From an uncultured Chthonomonadaceae bacterium (GTDB lineage Bacteria; Armatimonadota; Chthonomonadetes; Chthonomonadales; Chthonomonadaceae): a stretch of 64,000 bases of DNA. Positions 62,260 to 64,000 of the stretch are shown piece by piece. Every line of letters starts with the position of its first letter. The first letter of the stretch is position 1. A program made the translations under genes and the position numbers. The notes under the pieces were generated by a model that worked only from the letters and a program-made list of their open reading frames with translations, was not told the DNA's origin and did no database searches. The DNA is taken from contig CAWFQB010000014.1 in NCBI GenBank assembly GCA_963817895.1, forward strand, positions 576,001-640,000, given 5' to 3'.

Positions 62260-62734
62260 GCAATTCGCGTACTTGCTCGGCCAGCGGATGCGCCGGGTCA
62301 TCAAAAGCCGAACGCGCTGTTTTGCTGCTGCCGTTTGCCAGGAGGAGGCTGACCGTAGGAATGTCTCTTTTGTCCACCGCGATATGCAGCGGCGTAATCC
62401 CATGTACCCAGGTTTTATTTACCTGTGCGCCGTGTTTTAGGAGCAGGCGAACCAGAGCCGTAGAGCGGTTTTCCACTGCAATCAGCAGGGGAAACCTCCC
62501 ATCGCCATCCATCGCGTTAGGGTCGGCTCCTTTTTCCAGCAAAGTCAGAACGGATTTACTGTCCTTTTTAGGAATCGCATGAATCAGCGCGCTGTTCAGC
62601 GCCTGTTGCTTTTTGGCGTCAGGCTTCTGCTGCGCTGTGCCGGACTTTGAAACCAGGAGGGCGCTCCCTGCCAATCCCGCGCCAAGCATCCAGAATATAA
62701 ACACCTTTCGCGTCATTGCCTGCTCCTTTGGCAT
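62240..62734 (-). CDS. Exported ankyrin repeat protein
   Basis: LLEKGADPN, FPLLIAV, TPLHIAV. Confidence 0.85.
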   Translation of the reverse strand: MPKEQAMTRKVFIFWMLGAGLAGSALLVSKSGTAQQKPDAKKQQALNSALIHAIPKKDSKSVLTLLEKGADPNAMDGDGRFPLLIAVENRSTALVRLLLKHGAQVNKTWVHGITPLHIAVDKRDIPTVSLLLANGSSKTARSAFDDPAHPLAEQVRELLKRKDE

Positions 62735-62877
62735 GGTTACTTATCATAAAGAATAACCGCGCAGTTGGCGACCTTATGCCGCATATAGCCACTTCGCGTT
62801 ATAAGCGAGTTCAGGAGAAAAGACGAACATTCCGAGAGGAAAGTTACAGCGGAGTATCCGGCATGAAGGGAGAACGC

Positions 62878-63048
62878 ATGAACACGATGAGCCAGCGCAA
62901 ATTGACCTCCCTTGAAAAGCGCGGGGGCGGGTTGGAGGCGGTAAAAGCCATCGCAAAGCAGAAGGGGGTTCACCTGCTGCTGCTGGAGGACGATAAGGGC
63001 AACGAGTTGGTGGCGGCAAGCGTGAAACCCTTTACCATGATTTGTTGA
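62878..63048 (+). CDS. Small hypothetical protein
   Basis: SD AAGGGAG; 56 aa ...KGVHLLLLEDDKGNELVAAS. Confidence 0.55.
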   Translation: MNTMSQRKLTSLEKRGGGLEAVKAIAKQKGVHLLLLEDDKGNELVAASVKPFTMIC

Positions 63049-63225
63049 ACGCCTTTGGATGTCAATCTGGCAGGATGCTGTACCCGCGCATACGTATAGT
63101 TATACGCGAATATATATTGGATAGCCTATGTATTTTCCGCGTAATTATGCCGATACTCTCTATTCAGCTCTTATAACATTTTCAGTGATATGTCGCTGTT
63201 GAAGCGTATGAAAAGGAGAGAATCA

Positions 63226-64000
63226 ATGCGGGGCGAACCAGGTATTCATAAGGCAGATGCGGAAGTCGCTTACTCGCTGGCGGAGGTGTTGTCTTCCCTG
63301 AGCCACGCGCTGGACTTGACGAGCGGCCATGCGGTGGGACACGCGCAGCGTACATGTCTGATCGGAATGCGAATTGCCCGCGAAATCGGACTGGCCAGCG
63401 AACGGCAGCACTCCCTGTACCATGCAATGCTGATGAAGGATGCCGGATGTTCCAGCAACGCCGCGCGCATGTATGAGATATTCGGCGCAGACGATCTCGC
63501 GCTCAAACAACAGGCCCGCATCACGGACTGGTCTAATCTGGTGGAAGCGACCAAGTACGCGGCTGCCAACGTTCTGCCGCACGGCCCCCTGCTCGAACGC
63601 GCCCGCCGTATTCTGCAAATCGCCGTCAATCCCGCCGGCACGACAGCCGCGTTTTCCCATTCCCGGTGTGACCGGGGCGCGCAAATCGCGCTGGCTATCG
63701 GACTGGGACAAGACGCCGCGCAATGCATCCGGCAGTTGGAAGAGCATTGGGACGGGCGCGGCGCTCCGCTGCATTTGAAGGGCGACGCCATTTCCCTGCT
63801 CGGCAGAATCGCCACCCTTGCGCAGACGCTGGAAGTTTTCGCCAACACCTTCGACGTGCCGACCGCATACGAGATGCTGCACAAGCGCAGCGGCAAATGG
63901 TTTGATCCCGAACTTGTACGCGCCGCCGATACTTTCGCGCAGGACGCTTTTTTCTGGCAGGCCGTACAAACCGATACCCGCCACGCTCTGCTCACCATGG
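63226..64000 (+). CDS. HD-GYP-type phosphohydrolase, 3'-truncated
   Basis: LSHALDLTSG...HAQRTC, LMKDAGCSSNA, EHWDGRG, RSGKWFDP; open to the window end. Confidence 0.85.
   Translation, partial: MRGEPGIHKADAEVAYSLAEVLSSLSHALDLTSGHAVGHAQRTCLIGMRIAREIGLASERQHSLYHAMLMKDAGCSSNAARMYEIFGADDLALKQQARITDWSNLVEATKYAAANVLPHGPLLERARRILQIAVNPAGTTAAFSHSRCDRGAQIALAIGLGQDAAQCIRQLEEHWDGRGAPLHLKGDAISLLGRIATLAQTLEVFANTFDVPTAYEMLHKRSGKWFDPELVRAADTFAQDAFFWQAVQTDTRHALLTM

Overview
GC-rich bacterial chromosomal segment, most likely Armatimonadota (inferred from two DUF1559-type prepilin/H-X9-DG proteins, a CRTAC1/ASPIC-TPR cluster and a diderm TonB system). Housekeeping content: tRNA-fMet, tmRNA, rpmH-rnpA-yidD-yidC-jag, accDA, pheA. 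Other recognisable content: a DsbD-like gene with duplicated thioredoxin domains, a translin-family gene, an IS3 element interrupting a VOC gene, a Type IIG restriction-modification gene, a hydroxyproline catabolic operon and a TonB metal-uptake-type locus. Several genes, including essential accD, carry small indels, which points to long-read assembly errors. Most notable: (1) an uninterrupted 1003-aa DyP peroxidase-cytochrome P450 fusion with a coupled partner gene; (2) three copies of a promoter/hairpin/terminator antisense-RNA-like module in the TonB locus, downstream of a CxxC/RGPP upstream ORF; (3) a DPP-IV peptidase with a VHL beta-domain retaining the hydroxyproline pocket, about 10 kb from the Hyp operon; (4) nine palindromic short-tandem-repeat elements in intergenic spacers. 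All calls come from reading the sequence and motifs; no database searches were run.
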